Assembly: GCA_965197725.1 (NCBI GenBank)
Contig: CBDANQ010000048.1
Coordinates: 1 to 31,655 of the forward strand
Direction of reading: 5' to 3'
From: Longimicrobiales bacterium
Lineage (GTDB): Bacteria; Gemmatimonadota; Gemmatimonadetes; Longimicrobiales; Gaopeijiaceae
DNA length: 31,655 bases
Shown: piece by piece, positions 9,307-17,434 of the stretch
Layout of the letters: each line of letters starts with the position of its first letter
Position numbering within the stretch: the stretch's first letter is position 1
The notes under the pieces: model-generated
Told to the model about the DNA's origin: nothing
The model's input: the letters and a program-made list of their open reading frames with translations, nothing else
Database searches by the model: none
Made by a program: the position numbers and the translations under genes

Positions 9307-9698
9307 TCTTTATCGATTCGAACGTTCCCATGTACCTCGTCGGGGCCCCTCACCCTCACAAGACCGACGCCCAGCACCTGCTTGAACGGGCCATCGCGGC
9401 CAACGAGCGCCTGGTCACGAGCGCGGAGGTCCTCCAGGAGATCCTCCATCGGTATGTCGCGATTGAGCGCAGGGATGCCATCCAGCCGGCCTTCGACGCA
9501 CTTCTCGGCGTCGTGGACGAGGTGTATGCCATCGAGCAGACGGACGTGGAGCGGGCGCGCATCGTGCTGGACGGGGGCATCGCGACCTCGGCCCGGGACG
9601 CGCTCCACCTGGCCGTCATGGAGCACCACGGCGTCGCCCGTATCTTGAGTTTCGATCAGGGCTTCGGCGCGCTTCCAGGGGTAGAGCGGGTGAGTTGA
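9303..9698 (+). CDS. vapC: PIN-domain toxin (VapC family)
   Basis: [31 protein letters not shown]: the PIN acidic residues. Confidence 0.92.
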   Translation: MIFIDSNVPMYLVGAPHPHKTDAQHLLERAIAANERLVTSAEVLQEILHRYVAIERRDAIQPAFDALLGVVDEVYAIEQTDVERARIVLDGGIATSARDALHLAVMEHHGVARILSFDQGFGALPGVERVS

Positions 9699-9760
9699 AG
9701 GATAAGGATAGGGTCTGATGACAACGTGTTGCGGACCGGATGAATCATCCACGTGTCGAT

Positions 9761-9833
9761 TGCACCAGTTCCCGCGCTCTCCACAACAAATACCCCGGCA
9801 ACGAAAGAAGCGTGTCGTGCATGAACTGGTGCA
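9761..9833. repeat. 11-bp inverted repeat with a 51-nt spacer
   Basis: TGCACCAGTTC (9761-9771) ... GAACTGGTGCA (9823-9833). Confidence 0.6.
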
Positions 9834-9873
9834 GTGATTTTATCGATCCAGAGGCCTCCACCGGAAAACAGAA

Positions 9874-9894
9874 AATACGTATAATGCACGTGTT
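9874..9894 (+). promoter_or_regulatory. -10 box inside an imperfect palindrome (likely operator of the second TA pair)
   Basis: AATACGT-ATAATGC-ACGTGTT surrounding TATAAT at 9880-9885. Confidence 0.5.
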
Positions 9895-9924
9895 CATGCC
9901 GTGTTCCTGACTTCGGTGAAGCCC

Positions 9925-10155
9925 ATGCAAAAAAAGCTGACCATCACGATCGACGAAGACGTGTATCGCGGACTGTATAAACGTATCGGAACGGGAAAGA
10001 TATCTAGGTTCATCGAACAGCTCGTTCGGCCCCACGTCTTGCCGAAGGAGCTCGACGATGGATACGCGGCCATGGCTCGGGACGAGGCCCGCGAGGCTGA
10101 CGCGTCGGAATGGGCCGAAGGTCTGATGGGGGACGCACTGGATGACTCGTGGTGA
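9925..10155 (+). CDS. Antitoxin (RHH-like) of a MazF/PemK module
   Basis: [14 protein letters not shown]...ISRFIEQLV; acidic tail [23 protein letters not shown]; overlaps the toxin gene. Confidence 0.82.
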   Translation: MQKKLTITIDEDVYRGLYKRIGTGKISRFIEQLVRPHVLPKELDDGYAAMARDEAREADASEWAEGLMGDALDDSW

Positions 10156-10483
10156 AGTGTGGTGGGTGCGCTTTCCATCGTCCCAGGGTGGGGAGATTCG
10201 AAAGACCCGCCCGGCAGTCGTTGTCAGCAACGACGCCGCCAATCGGCATCTGAATCGGGTTCAAGTCGTGCCGCTCACGAGCAGGATCGACCGGGTCTAC
10301 CCCAGTGAAGCCCTGATCGAGCTCGAAGGACGACAGGGCAAAGCGATGGCCGACCGGGTGACCACTGCTGCGAAGTCACGGTTGATCCGCCGTGCAGGGA
10401 GGCTGAGCCCCACCGACATGGCGTCCATCGATCGGATCCTGGCCCTCCAACTCGGTCTCGTGCTTCAGAATCCAGCCAGCTAG
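10142..10483 (+). CDS. mazF: MazF/PemK-family endoribonuclease toxin
   Basis: RGEVWWV.F....[17 protein letters not shown]......VVPLTS. Confidence 0.92.
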   Translation: MTRGEVWWVRFPSSQGGEIRKTRPAVVVSNDAANRHLNRVQVVPLTSRIDRVYPSEALIELEGRQGKAMADRVTTAAKSRLIRRAGRLSPTDMASIDRILALQLGLVLQNPAS

Positions 10484-10589
10484 ACTCTCAGCACTGTCCT
10501 CGCGCCTACATGGCGCGCCGAGCTCGGAGTAGTGAATGAACGACTCGAAGCTAGGTGCCGTGAGTGGCGTCTAAATACGAAAATCCAGC

Positions 10590-12080
10590 ATGCCAAAGGA
10601 CGCCCTCAACGACATCGAGCTGCTGATCCGCTCGAGATACGGTCTCATCTACCTCGACACAGGCGAGGAGGACCGCGCGAACGTGCTGCTCCAGCACGTC
10701 GCGGATCGACTCCGAGTGCCGCTCTTCACCTGGACGCGATCCCAGGGCCTCTCCCGCGCCGACCTCGGCGACATGATCTACGAAAGCCCCGATGCGACGA
10801 AGGCGGTCCAGCACGTGATCTCCGCGCGACAGGACGCGGTATACCACTTCCGCTCCTTCGCGCACACGCTCGCGGGCAACGACCTCCTCACCTCGCTCGT
10901 GCGCGATGCCACGAGGAGCCTCGAGCAGCTGAAGGGCTCTATCGTGCTCACCGGGAAAGGCGTAGACCTGCCTGGCCAACTCAAGGAGCTCGCAGCACAC
11001 GTCACGCTTCCTGGGCCATCGGACGATGAGTTCCGTGAGCTGCTCTCGTCGATCGTGCAAGACATCTCCAGGGCGCAGCACGTCGAGGTCGCTCTCTCAC
11101 GTGAGGAGACGACCCACCTCGCGCAGCACCTCTCGGGCCTCACGCTCATGGAGGCCGAGAAGATCCTCACCAAGGCGATCATCGAAGACGGAGCACTCTC
11201 GTCACAGGACATCGAGCACGTCATCGAAGCCAAACGCGGCGTGGTCGAGCGTGAGGGTCTTCTCGAGTACTACCCGGCGAGCAAGACCATGGCGAGCGTC
11301 GCTGACCTGGTCGCGTTGAAGGCGTGGCTCGTGAAGCGGAAAGCGGTGGTCAAGGACTCCGAACGCGCCGAGAAGTTCGGGCTGACCTTCCCACGCGGAG
11401 TGCTCTTGCTCGGCGTGCCCGGATGCGGCAAGAGCCTGTCCGCCAAGGCCGTGGCGTCGGAGTGGGGGCTCCCGCTGCTCAAGCTCGACCCCTCGAATCT
11501 CTACAACAAGTACATCGGCGAGAGCGAGAGCAACTTCAAGCGAGCGATGCGCGCGGCGGAGCGCATGGCGCCCGTGGTGCTCTGGATCGACGAGCTCGAG
11601 AAGGCGTTCGCGTCGGGTGGCGGCGAGGACGGGGGAGTCTCGCAGCGCATCCTCGGCAGTTTCCTGTCCTGGATGCAGGAGCGGCACGGTGACGTCTTCG
11701 TAGTCGCTACGGCGAATGACATCCAGTCGCTCCCTCCCGAGTTCCTTCGCAAGGGCCGCTTCGACGAGATCTTCTTCGTCGACCTGCCCGACCAAGAGAC
11801 CCGCGAGCAAATCCTCCAGATCCACCTGGACTCGCGCGGCCACGACGCGAGTAGCTTCGATCTGGCGACCCTGGCCGCGCAGACAGAGGGCTTCAGCGGC
11901 TCAGAGATCGCAGAGGTAGTCGTCTCGGCGCTCTACACCGCGTTCTCGAACGAGACCGCACTCGATACGGCGGCGTTGGGCTTCGAGATCGTGGCGACCA
12001 AGCCGCTCTCTGTCACAATGGGTGAGAAGATCCAGAAGATGCGGGATTGGGCGAAGGAACGAGCGGTGAGGGCGAACTGA
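10590..12080 (+). CDS. AAA+ ATPase, Ycf46/SpoVK-like
   Basis: Degenerate N-terminal AAA-like domain, Walker A GVPGCGKS, Walker B VLWIDE, second region of homology FLRKGRFD, C-terminal PLSVTM...MRDWAKERA. Confidence 0.9.
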   Translation: MPKDALNDIELLIRSRYGLIYLDTGEEDRANVLLQHVADRLRVPLFTWTRSQGLSRADLGDMIYESPDATKAVQHVISARQDAVYHFRSFAHTLAGNDLLTSLVRDATRSLEQLKGSIVLTGKGVDLPGQLKELAAHVTLPGPSDDEFRELLSSIVQDISRAQHVEVALSREETTHLAQHLSGLTLMEAEKILTKAIIEDGALSSQDIEHVIEAKRGVVEREGLLEYYPASKTMASVADLVALKAWLVKRKAVVKDSERAEKFGLTFPRGVLLLGVPGCGKSLSAKAVASEWGLPLLKLDPSNLYNKYIGESESNFKRAMRAAERMAPVVLWIDELEKAFASGGGEDGGVSQRILGSFLSWMQERHGDVFVVATANDIQSLPPEFLRKGRFDEIFFVDLPDQETREQILQIHLDSRGHDASSFDLATLAAQTEGFSGSEIAEVVVSALYTAFSNETALDTAALGFEIVATKPLSVTMGEKIQKMRDWAKERAVRAN

Positions 12081-12131
12081 TGAACCGCGACCAGGTCAGC
12101 TAGCGTCCTGGGCACGGCTACTCGTGTTCGA

Positions 12132-12302
12132 TCAGCCCGGGCCGTCAGGCTCACCCGGTTCACCCGGGTCGAAACCGCGTGCGCCGCGAAGGTCCCCGTG
12201 GGCGCCGAGCGCCTTCGCACCGTCCGTGACCGTGAAATCCAGCGGTTCCAGGGAGTTTTCCCGTACGTGCCCGCTGGGATGGGGTGGGTTCTGCATCGGC
12301 AT
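12132..12302 (-). pseudogene. Truncated HigA-type antitoxin remnant
   Basis: MPMQNPPHPSGHVRENSLEPLDFTVTDGAKALG matches the HigA N-terminus (PPHPG..+.E..LEPL.+TVT.AAK.LG), then runs into unrelated sequence before the HTH is complete. Confidence 0.65.
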
Positions 12303-12419
12303 CCATCACACCAACTCAATGCGCAGCTGACAGCCAACCGCGCGCGGCCGAAGCGAGCGTATCAAGTCGAATACTGCTATTGGCCGGGTCAATATCCGGT
12401 CCAGTTGGGGTGAGCACCG

Positions 12420-13091
12420 CTATTCCAGGAATATGGCAATATCCTCGATCGGCTTCTTGGTGATCTCGGGTACGGTGGCACTCTCGTCCGGATAGCCGCA
12501 CACTAGGATCAGGAAGGCGCGTTCGTTGACTGGGCGATCCAATAGGTTGTTGAGGAACTTCATCGGGGACGGCGTGTGCGTGAGCGTAACGAGGCCGGCG
12601 TGATGTAGCGCCGTAATCAGCATGCCCGTCGCGATCCCGACCGACTCGGTCACGTAGTAGTTCTTCGCCTTGGTCCCGTCGTCCATCAACTCGTAGCTCT
12701 CGGAGAAGATCACAATCAGCCAGGGCGCTCTCTCCAGGAACGGCTTGTGCTCGTCCGTACCCAGGTGCTCGAGGGCGTCCATCCATTCCTTCGGGGCCTT
12801 GCCGCTGTAGAAGTCGCGCTCCTCCTTCTCGGCTGCCTCGCGAATCCGCGACTTGATAGCAGAGTCACCAACGACGACAAAACGCCACGGCTGGCGGTTC
12901 GCACCGCTCGGCGCTGTGCCAGCGGCAAGCAGACACTGCTCGATCACGTCCCGAGGCACTGAGCGGTCGGAGAATTCCCGTACCGTGCGTCGACGACGCA
13001 TCGTCGCAAGGAAGGCAGCAGCCTCACGACGCATGTCATCGACCGGAAGCTCTTCGTAGGTGGAGTGAGGCACGAAGCGGGCGCGCGCCAT
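12420..13091 (-). CDS. Nitroreductase-family flavoprotein, iodotyrosine deiodinase (IYD)-like
   Basis: [21 protein letters not shown], lid segment [13 protein letters not shown]...[27 protein letters not shown]. Confidence 0.85.
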   Translation of the reverse strand: MARARFVPHSTYEELPVDDMRREAAAFLATMRRRRTVREFSDRSVPRDVIEQCLLAAGTAPSGANRQPWRFVVVGDSAIKSRIREAAEKEERDFYSGKAPKEWMDALEHLGTDEHKPFLERAPWLIVIFSESYELMDDGTKAKNYYVTESVGIATGMLITALHHAGLVTLTHTPSPMKFLNNLLDRPVNERAFLILVCGYPDESATVPEITKKPIEDIAIFLE

Positions 13092-13106
13092 GGAGACTCC
13101 TTTCTG

Positions 13107-13646
13107 CTATCGGATCAGCTCGCCGTATAGCTGCACGAACGAGTCCGTGGAGCCCGCTCGTGAAAGCACGTCCGCGGGCGTTACGCCCAGAGTCTGCGAG
13201 AGCAAGCGCAGGTTGACCAGAGCCACGATGTCCTCCGGGGCGAGCGGGATCTCTCTCCAGCGGCTGGCGGGAAGGTCGCGAAAGCTCTGGTAGACCAAGT
13301 TCAGTGGGCCCGTCGCAGCCTGGTCGGGGACAGGAACGTGGAGTTCCGGAGCGCCGACACCGTACCGCTCCGCCAGGCGGGTCCAACTCTCCCCCGAGCG
13401 ACGTAGGGCGACCAAAGCCTCGGGGACGACGCCCGCGCGGTCCGCAAAGAACAGGATCACGGGGATCTCGTCGGGGGGCAGGCTCCAGTCGCGAAGGATC
13501 TCGAGCTCGGACGAGGGCACGTCGAAGAACTCCCCGACGCCTCGGAAGTACGCCTCCTGGGCTGCGTCAGGCTCCTGCCCCACAGCCCCGGTGGCGACCA
13601 GCGCCAGAGCGACCCATAGCACCGCGGTACGTCGGATCGTGCGCAC
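13107..13646 (-). CDS. Exported hypothetical protein
   Basis: GTG with GAGGA upstream and a signal peptide (RRTAVLWVALALVATGAVG); stop lies 15 nt before the IYD-like start. Confidence 0.7.
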   Translation of the reverse strand: MRTIRRTAVLWVALALVATGAVGQEPDAAQEAYFRGVGEFFDVPSSELEILRDWSLPPDEIPVILFFADRAGVVPEALVALRRSGESWTRLAERYGVGAPELHVPVPDQAATGPLNLVYQSFRDLPASRWREIPLAPEDIVALVNLRLLSQTLGVTPADVLSRAGSTDSFVQLYGELIR

Positions 13647-13863
13647 ACCATCCTCCCCACGAAATCTAGGCTCCCTCTCAATCATGAGTCTGATACACGA
13701 ATCAGGCCAGAGGGTCGCATCGCGCGATCGCGATGTCCCGGAGACCACCGCGAAATTATGTCACGGTGACAGGACTGAATTCCTCCGTCGTGGCACGAGT
13801 CTTGATCTATAGTCCGGCGCAGCCTCGGTGGACCAGGGAGAAGAATCGCAACGGGAGGCAGCC

Positions 13864-14103
13864 ATGAGACAGGACGAGAAGGACAAAAAAGACCGGAGCG
13901 GCCAGCCGAGAGCGACGGAAGAGAGCCTGCAAACACGGCAGGAAGTATCCATCGCACCTGACAACGTCGTCTTCGACTTTACCGGGCTCCGCAAACCCGA
14001 TGTGGCGGATCTCGCCCTCATTCTCACGGCACGCCTCAAGACCCCACTCCACAAGAGCGTTTGGGTGCGGGCGATCGACCCAATGACCGCCCGCGTACTG
14101 GGA
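13864..14103 (+). pseudogene. Small STAS-like protein, apparently truncated at a deletion junction
   Basis: GGGAGG RBS; VVFDFTGLRKPDVADLALILTA resembles the STAS V+DxxxxxxxDxxxLxxL motif; after RVLG the frame runs into the antisense of a dehydrogenase remnant. Confidence 0.5.
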
Positions 14104-14221
14104 CCGAGGGTGTCGTCGTGCAGCGCAATGAAGATCCAGGAGCCGGCTCGTCATGCCGGACCACGACGCCTACGCCGTCCCAGGCCTCGATCAGTTCGAG
14201 GAAGCTCTTCTCGTCTGCCAC
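14097..14221 (-). pseudogene. 5' fragment of a Glu/Leu/Phe/Val (leucine) dehydrogenase
   Basis: VADEKSFLELIEAWDGVGVVVRHDEP / (frameshift) GSWIFIALHDDTLGP matches the LeuDH N-terminal IA+HxxxLGP motif; the expected GGxR that follows is absent. Confidence 0.7.
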
Positions 14222-14243
14222 AGTGTACGCCCGTGACTCCCGG

Positions 14244-15782
14244 TCAACGGTCAGGGACGATCCTGGCGTAGCTCTCCGGATTCCACTTCGGTCGCTCTGC
14301 CGCGTTCCCGATATCGACCCCGAGGTAGAAGACCAGCCTCGCGATCCTTGCCGCTTTCTCGGCGTCGATGCGGGCGGGCTCGTCGTCCCGACCGTGGTAG
14401 TCGTCGTGGGTGCCGTTGAAGAAGAACAGGATCGGCACGCCCTTGCGCGCGAAGTTGTAGTGGTCGGACCGGAAGTAGAAGTGCTCTTCAGGCCAGATAT
14501 CATCGATGGCCGTCATGCGTAGCTCCGGGTGGTCGCCGTTTACTCGGTTCAGGCTCTCCCCCAGGTCCGAGTGCTCTTTTCCGATCGCTACGATCGTGTC
14601 CGGCCAGTTTCGGCCGACCATGTCCGTGTTGAGATCCGCCACTAACTGCTCGATCGGTACCGTGGGGTTGTCCGTGAACCACTCGCTGCCCCAGAGGCCC
14701 TTCTCTTCGCCGCTCACCAAGAGGAACACCATGGAGCGCTTCGGCGGCGACGGCAGCGCGACCATCGCCTCCGCGATCTCGACTACCGCGATCGTGCCGG
14801 ACGCATCGTCATCCGCGCCGTTGAAGATGGAGTCCCCATTCGCATCGGGGCTGCCCATACCGACGTGATCCATGTGCCCGGAGAAGACCACGTACTCGTC
14901 CTTCAGTGCGGAGTCACTTCCGTCGAGGATGCCTACGACGTTCGGAGCGGTGATCATCTCGTCGCGCAAATTGATGCTGAGCGTGATCTCGAGCCCGGCA
15001 ACAGCGTCGACCCTCGCGTCGGCGCCCGCACGCGCCCGCAGCGAATTCAAATCCACGCCATGAGCTTCAACGAGACGCGCCAAAGAGGACTGGCGGATCT
15101 GCAGGCTCGGAGCGGACGTCCCGCTGCGTCCGTCTTGCTCACCCCAGCCCTTACGGACCGAGGGGCGCATGGCACGGGCGACCGCCGCATCCCAATCCTG
15201 ATCCCCCACATCCGTCACGGTCATGATCGAGAGCGCTCCCGCGCTCCGGAAAGCGGGGAGGGCCGCCCGACTCAGGCCCGGGGAGCTCTCGGGCAGCACA
15301 ATCACCGCATGCTTCCCGATAAGCGCCCCTCCTCTGATCGCGGCCTGGAGGTTGAGCGCGCCAGAGACGATCGCGAGACCGCCGCTCGCCTCGCCGTCGG
15401 ACGTACGGCGACCGGGCAGCAGGTCCTCCCCGAAGGCGAGTCGGACTCCGCCTCCCGTAAGCATCGAGGTACCGGCGTCGACCACCACCCGCCGAAGCGG
15501 ATACCGCTGAATGAAGCCACCGTCCTCGGCTCCACCACGGAGTCCCATGCGCCGGAACTCGGAGGCGATCCACTCCGCGGTCTTGTCCAGGCCGGGGCTC
15601 GGCGTATCACGACCCTGCATGGAGTCGTGCGCGATGACTCCGACGCCCCACGCGTAGTCGTCCGGTGTGATCGTGGCGGCAGCCTGCTCTAGCCCCTGTT
15701 GTTGGGCGGCTAGCGCCATGGGGACTACGGGGACTATGGGCACCACGAGCGCGAAGAAGGCTCGGCAGAGAGTCTGTATCAT
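14244..15782 (-). CDS. Secreted M28-family aminopeptidase with PA-like insert
   Basis: Signal peptide, GRDTPSPG, SGHMDHVG, NGADDDASG, GEEKGLWGS, DMVGRN, RSDHYNF, DYH. Confidence 0.92.
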   Translation of the reverse strand: MIQTLCRAFFALVVPIVPVVPMALAAQQQGLEQAAATITPDDYAWGVGVIAHDSMQGRDTPSPGLDKTAEWIASEFRRMGLRGGAEDGGFIQRYPLRRVVVDAGTSMLTGGGVRLAFGEDLLPGRRTSDGEASGGLAIVSGALNLQAAIRGGALIGKHAVIVLPESSPGLSRAALPAFRSAGALSIMTVTDVGDQDWDAAVARAMRPSVRKGWGEQDGRSGTSAPSLQIRQSSLARLVEAHGVDLNSLRARAGADARVDAVAGLEITLSINLRDEMITAPNVVGILDGSDSALKDEYVVFSGHMDHVGMGSPDANGDSIFNGADDDASGTIAVVEIAEAMVALPSPPKRSMVFLLVSGEEKGLWGSEWFTDNPTVPIEQLVADLNTDMVGRNWPDTIVAIGKEHSDLGESLNRVNGDHPELRMTAIDDIWPEEHFYFRSDHYNFARKGVPILFFFNGTHDDYHGRDDEPARIDAEKAARIARLVFYLGVDIGNAAERPKWNPESYARIVPDR

Positions 15783-15822
15783 TGTGTCGCAAGAAGGAGG
15801 TCGTCGAACGAGACCGCGAAAG

Positions 15823-16941
15823 CTATCGGTTCGCGTCCAGACGCTCCAGCAACACTTCGAGTTCCGTTACAGAACGGCGGGCTCGCATGACCAACCACAA
15901 CCCCTCTCTCGGTACGACGAGCTCTGCGACGCCGTCCTCGTCGAGCGGGGCCAGATCGGCAGGCTCCACGCCTTCCGGCAGATGCAGGAGCTCCAACGTG
16001 TCTACGGGCGTGAGCCACTGGAGCGCACGAGTGCCTCCCGCGGCAGGGCCCTCCTCGATGGCTTCAATGACGATGACCTCGAACCCGAGGACCACCAACG
16101 GACCCTCGTCCCCGCCTCTCCGCCCGGAGTGGCGCTCCTCGCGCGGTGGCACCGATGCGTCGCCGGTGGAGAACGGGGCTCCGGCCGCCGGGCGGCTCGC
16201 GCTCGTCACGACGGCCCGTCCGCGCCGCGCCACGCTCTCTTCACCAGCATCGGTGTTCGCCGCGCGAACGGCCACCGTGCGCGGAGCGGAAAGCGTGCCC
16301 GAGAGCCGGCTCACGGTGGCCGCGCTCGAACGGAGGTCCACCAACCCGCTCGCCTCGAGTGGCGGCAGCGCTGGCGCGCTTCCGAGCCGATCCTGGAGCG
16401 CCACCACGTCTGTGGCCACGACCTCCCGAAAGAGCACTGGTGGGTCCGGCTCCGTGACCAGATCGGCACCCCTCTCGTCCCGATCCAGGGCCTGGACCAG
16501 CACGTCACTGGCTGACGCGTTCACGTCTCGCGCAACCGTTGGCAGCACGAGCGCCGAGGGTGCACTCGGGCTGTCGATGGGATCCATCGCGCTCAAAGGA
16601 ACCGACTGATCACCACGCAAAGCCCACCCCACACCGATCGCCAGAATGACCGAAGCGGCCCACCCCATCCGGTGGATGCGCCTACGACGGGAAGCCTTCG
16701 GCGGGCTCGTCGCCTCCGCGCGCAACCGCAGCTCCTCAAGCGGCGGTAGCTCGACCTGCGGCAGTGGGCCGGAGAGTATCACTATGGCCTTCTCTCGGAT
16801 CCGCTGCTCTTTCGCCAGACGCGCTGCACATTCGGGACACGTCGAGACGTGCTCACGGATCGCTCGCCCGCCGCCCAACGGCAGCTCGTCGAGAGCGCCG
16901 TCCAGATAGGCGTGCAGAGCGCCTTGGTCAACGTGCGACAT
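15823..16941 (-). CDS. zf-HC2 transmembrane anti-sigma factor with a large extracytoplasmic domain
   Basis: MSHVDQGALHAYLDG...EHVSTCPEC; TM WAASVILAIGVGWA; overlaps the sigma gene. Confidence 0.85.
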   Translation of the reverse strand: MSHVDQGALHAYLDGALDELPLGGGRAIREHVSTCPECAARLAKEQRIREKAIVILSGPLPQVELPPLEELRLRAEATSPPKASRRRRIHRMGWAASVILAIGVGWALRGDQSVPLSAMDPIDSPSAPSALVLPTVARDVNASASDVLVQALDRDERGADLVTEPDPPVLFREVVATDVVALQDRLGSAPALPPLEASGLVDLRSSAATVSRLSGTLSAPRTVAVRAANTDAGEESVARRGRAVVTSASRPAAGAPFSTGDASVPPREERHSGRRGGDEGPLVVLGFEVIVIEAIEEGPAAGGTRALQWLTPVDTLELLHLPEGVEPADLAPLDEDGVAELVVPREGLWLVMRARRSVTELEVLLERLDANR

Positions 16942-17434
16942 CGACGTGCTCCTTCTGGCTGTACGCTTCGGCCAAGCGACGACGTGCACGCGCGAGGGTC
17001 GTGCCCACCGCGCCTACGGCCAGCCGCGCCTGCCGAGCTATCTCCGTGTAACTCTGTCCCGCGTCCCAGAGGAGCAGGACTTCACGATCTCGTTCGCTGA
17101 GCGATTCGAGCGCGTCCCGGACCTGGCCCATGCGCTCACGCTCCGCCAAGTCACGCGCCGGGTCCGGCGCGGATTGTTGTCGATCTTCAGTCTCACTCTT
17201 CAGGAGGGTGAGGTGGCGTTTCCGCCGGATCGCCGTGCGGGCCTCGTCACGGGCGAGGTTGGACGCGACCTGGAAGAGCCAGGCGCGCGGCTTCTGCGGC
17301 TCGTGGCGGAGCGCCCGGACGAAGGCTTCCTGAGCCAGATCCTGGGCTCGCTCCAGGTCCCACACCTTGCAGTGTAAGAACCGGACCAGGTCCGGGAACG
17401 TGCTGCGATATACCTCCGTCCAGTCTGCGCTCAC
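16928..17434 (-). CDS. ECF RNA polymerase sigma-70 factor
   Basis: AQDLAQEAFVRAL...AWLFQVASNLARD; LSERDREVLLL...SYTEIA...VGTTLARARRRL; GTG start overlaps the VIT gene stop. Confidence 0.92.
   Translation of the reverse strand: MSADWTEVYRSTFPDLVRFLHCKVWDLERAQDLAQEAFVRALRHEPQKPRAWLFQVASNLARDEARTAIRRKRHLTLLKSETEDRQQSAPDPARDLAERERMGQVRDALESLSERDREVLLLWDAGQSYTEIARQARLAVGAVGTTLARARRRLAEAYSQKEHVDVAR

Noticed and set aside
8846..9331. 162-aa N-terminal extension of gpmI in the 688-aa ORF
   Set aside because: It overlaps the antitoxin gene and its promoter on the opposite strand; GpmI homology begins at MRKVLL (8845).
9699..10590. Integron cassette array (attC sites) around the TA modules
   Set aside because: No repeated RYYYAAC/GTTRRRY-bounded hairpins and no intI seen.
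13759..13771. Palindrome TGTCAC-G-GTGACA between divergent genes
   Set aside because: Could be a regulator site, but it is a single short instance with no correctly spaced -10 element; insufficient support.
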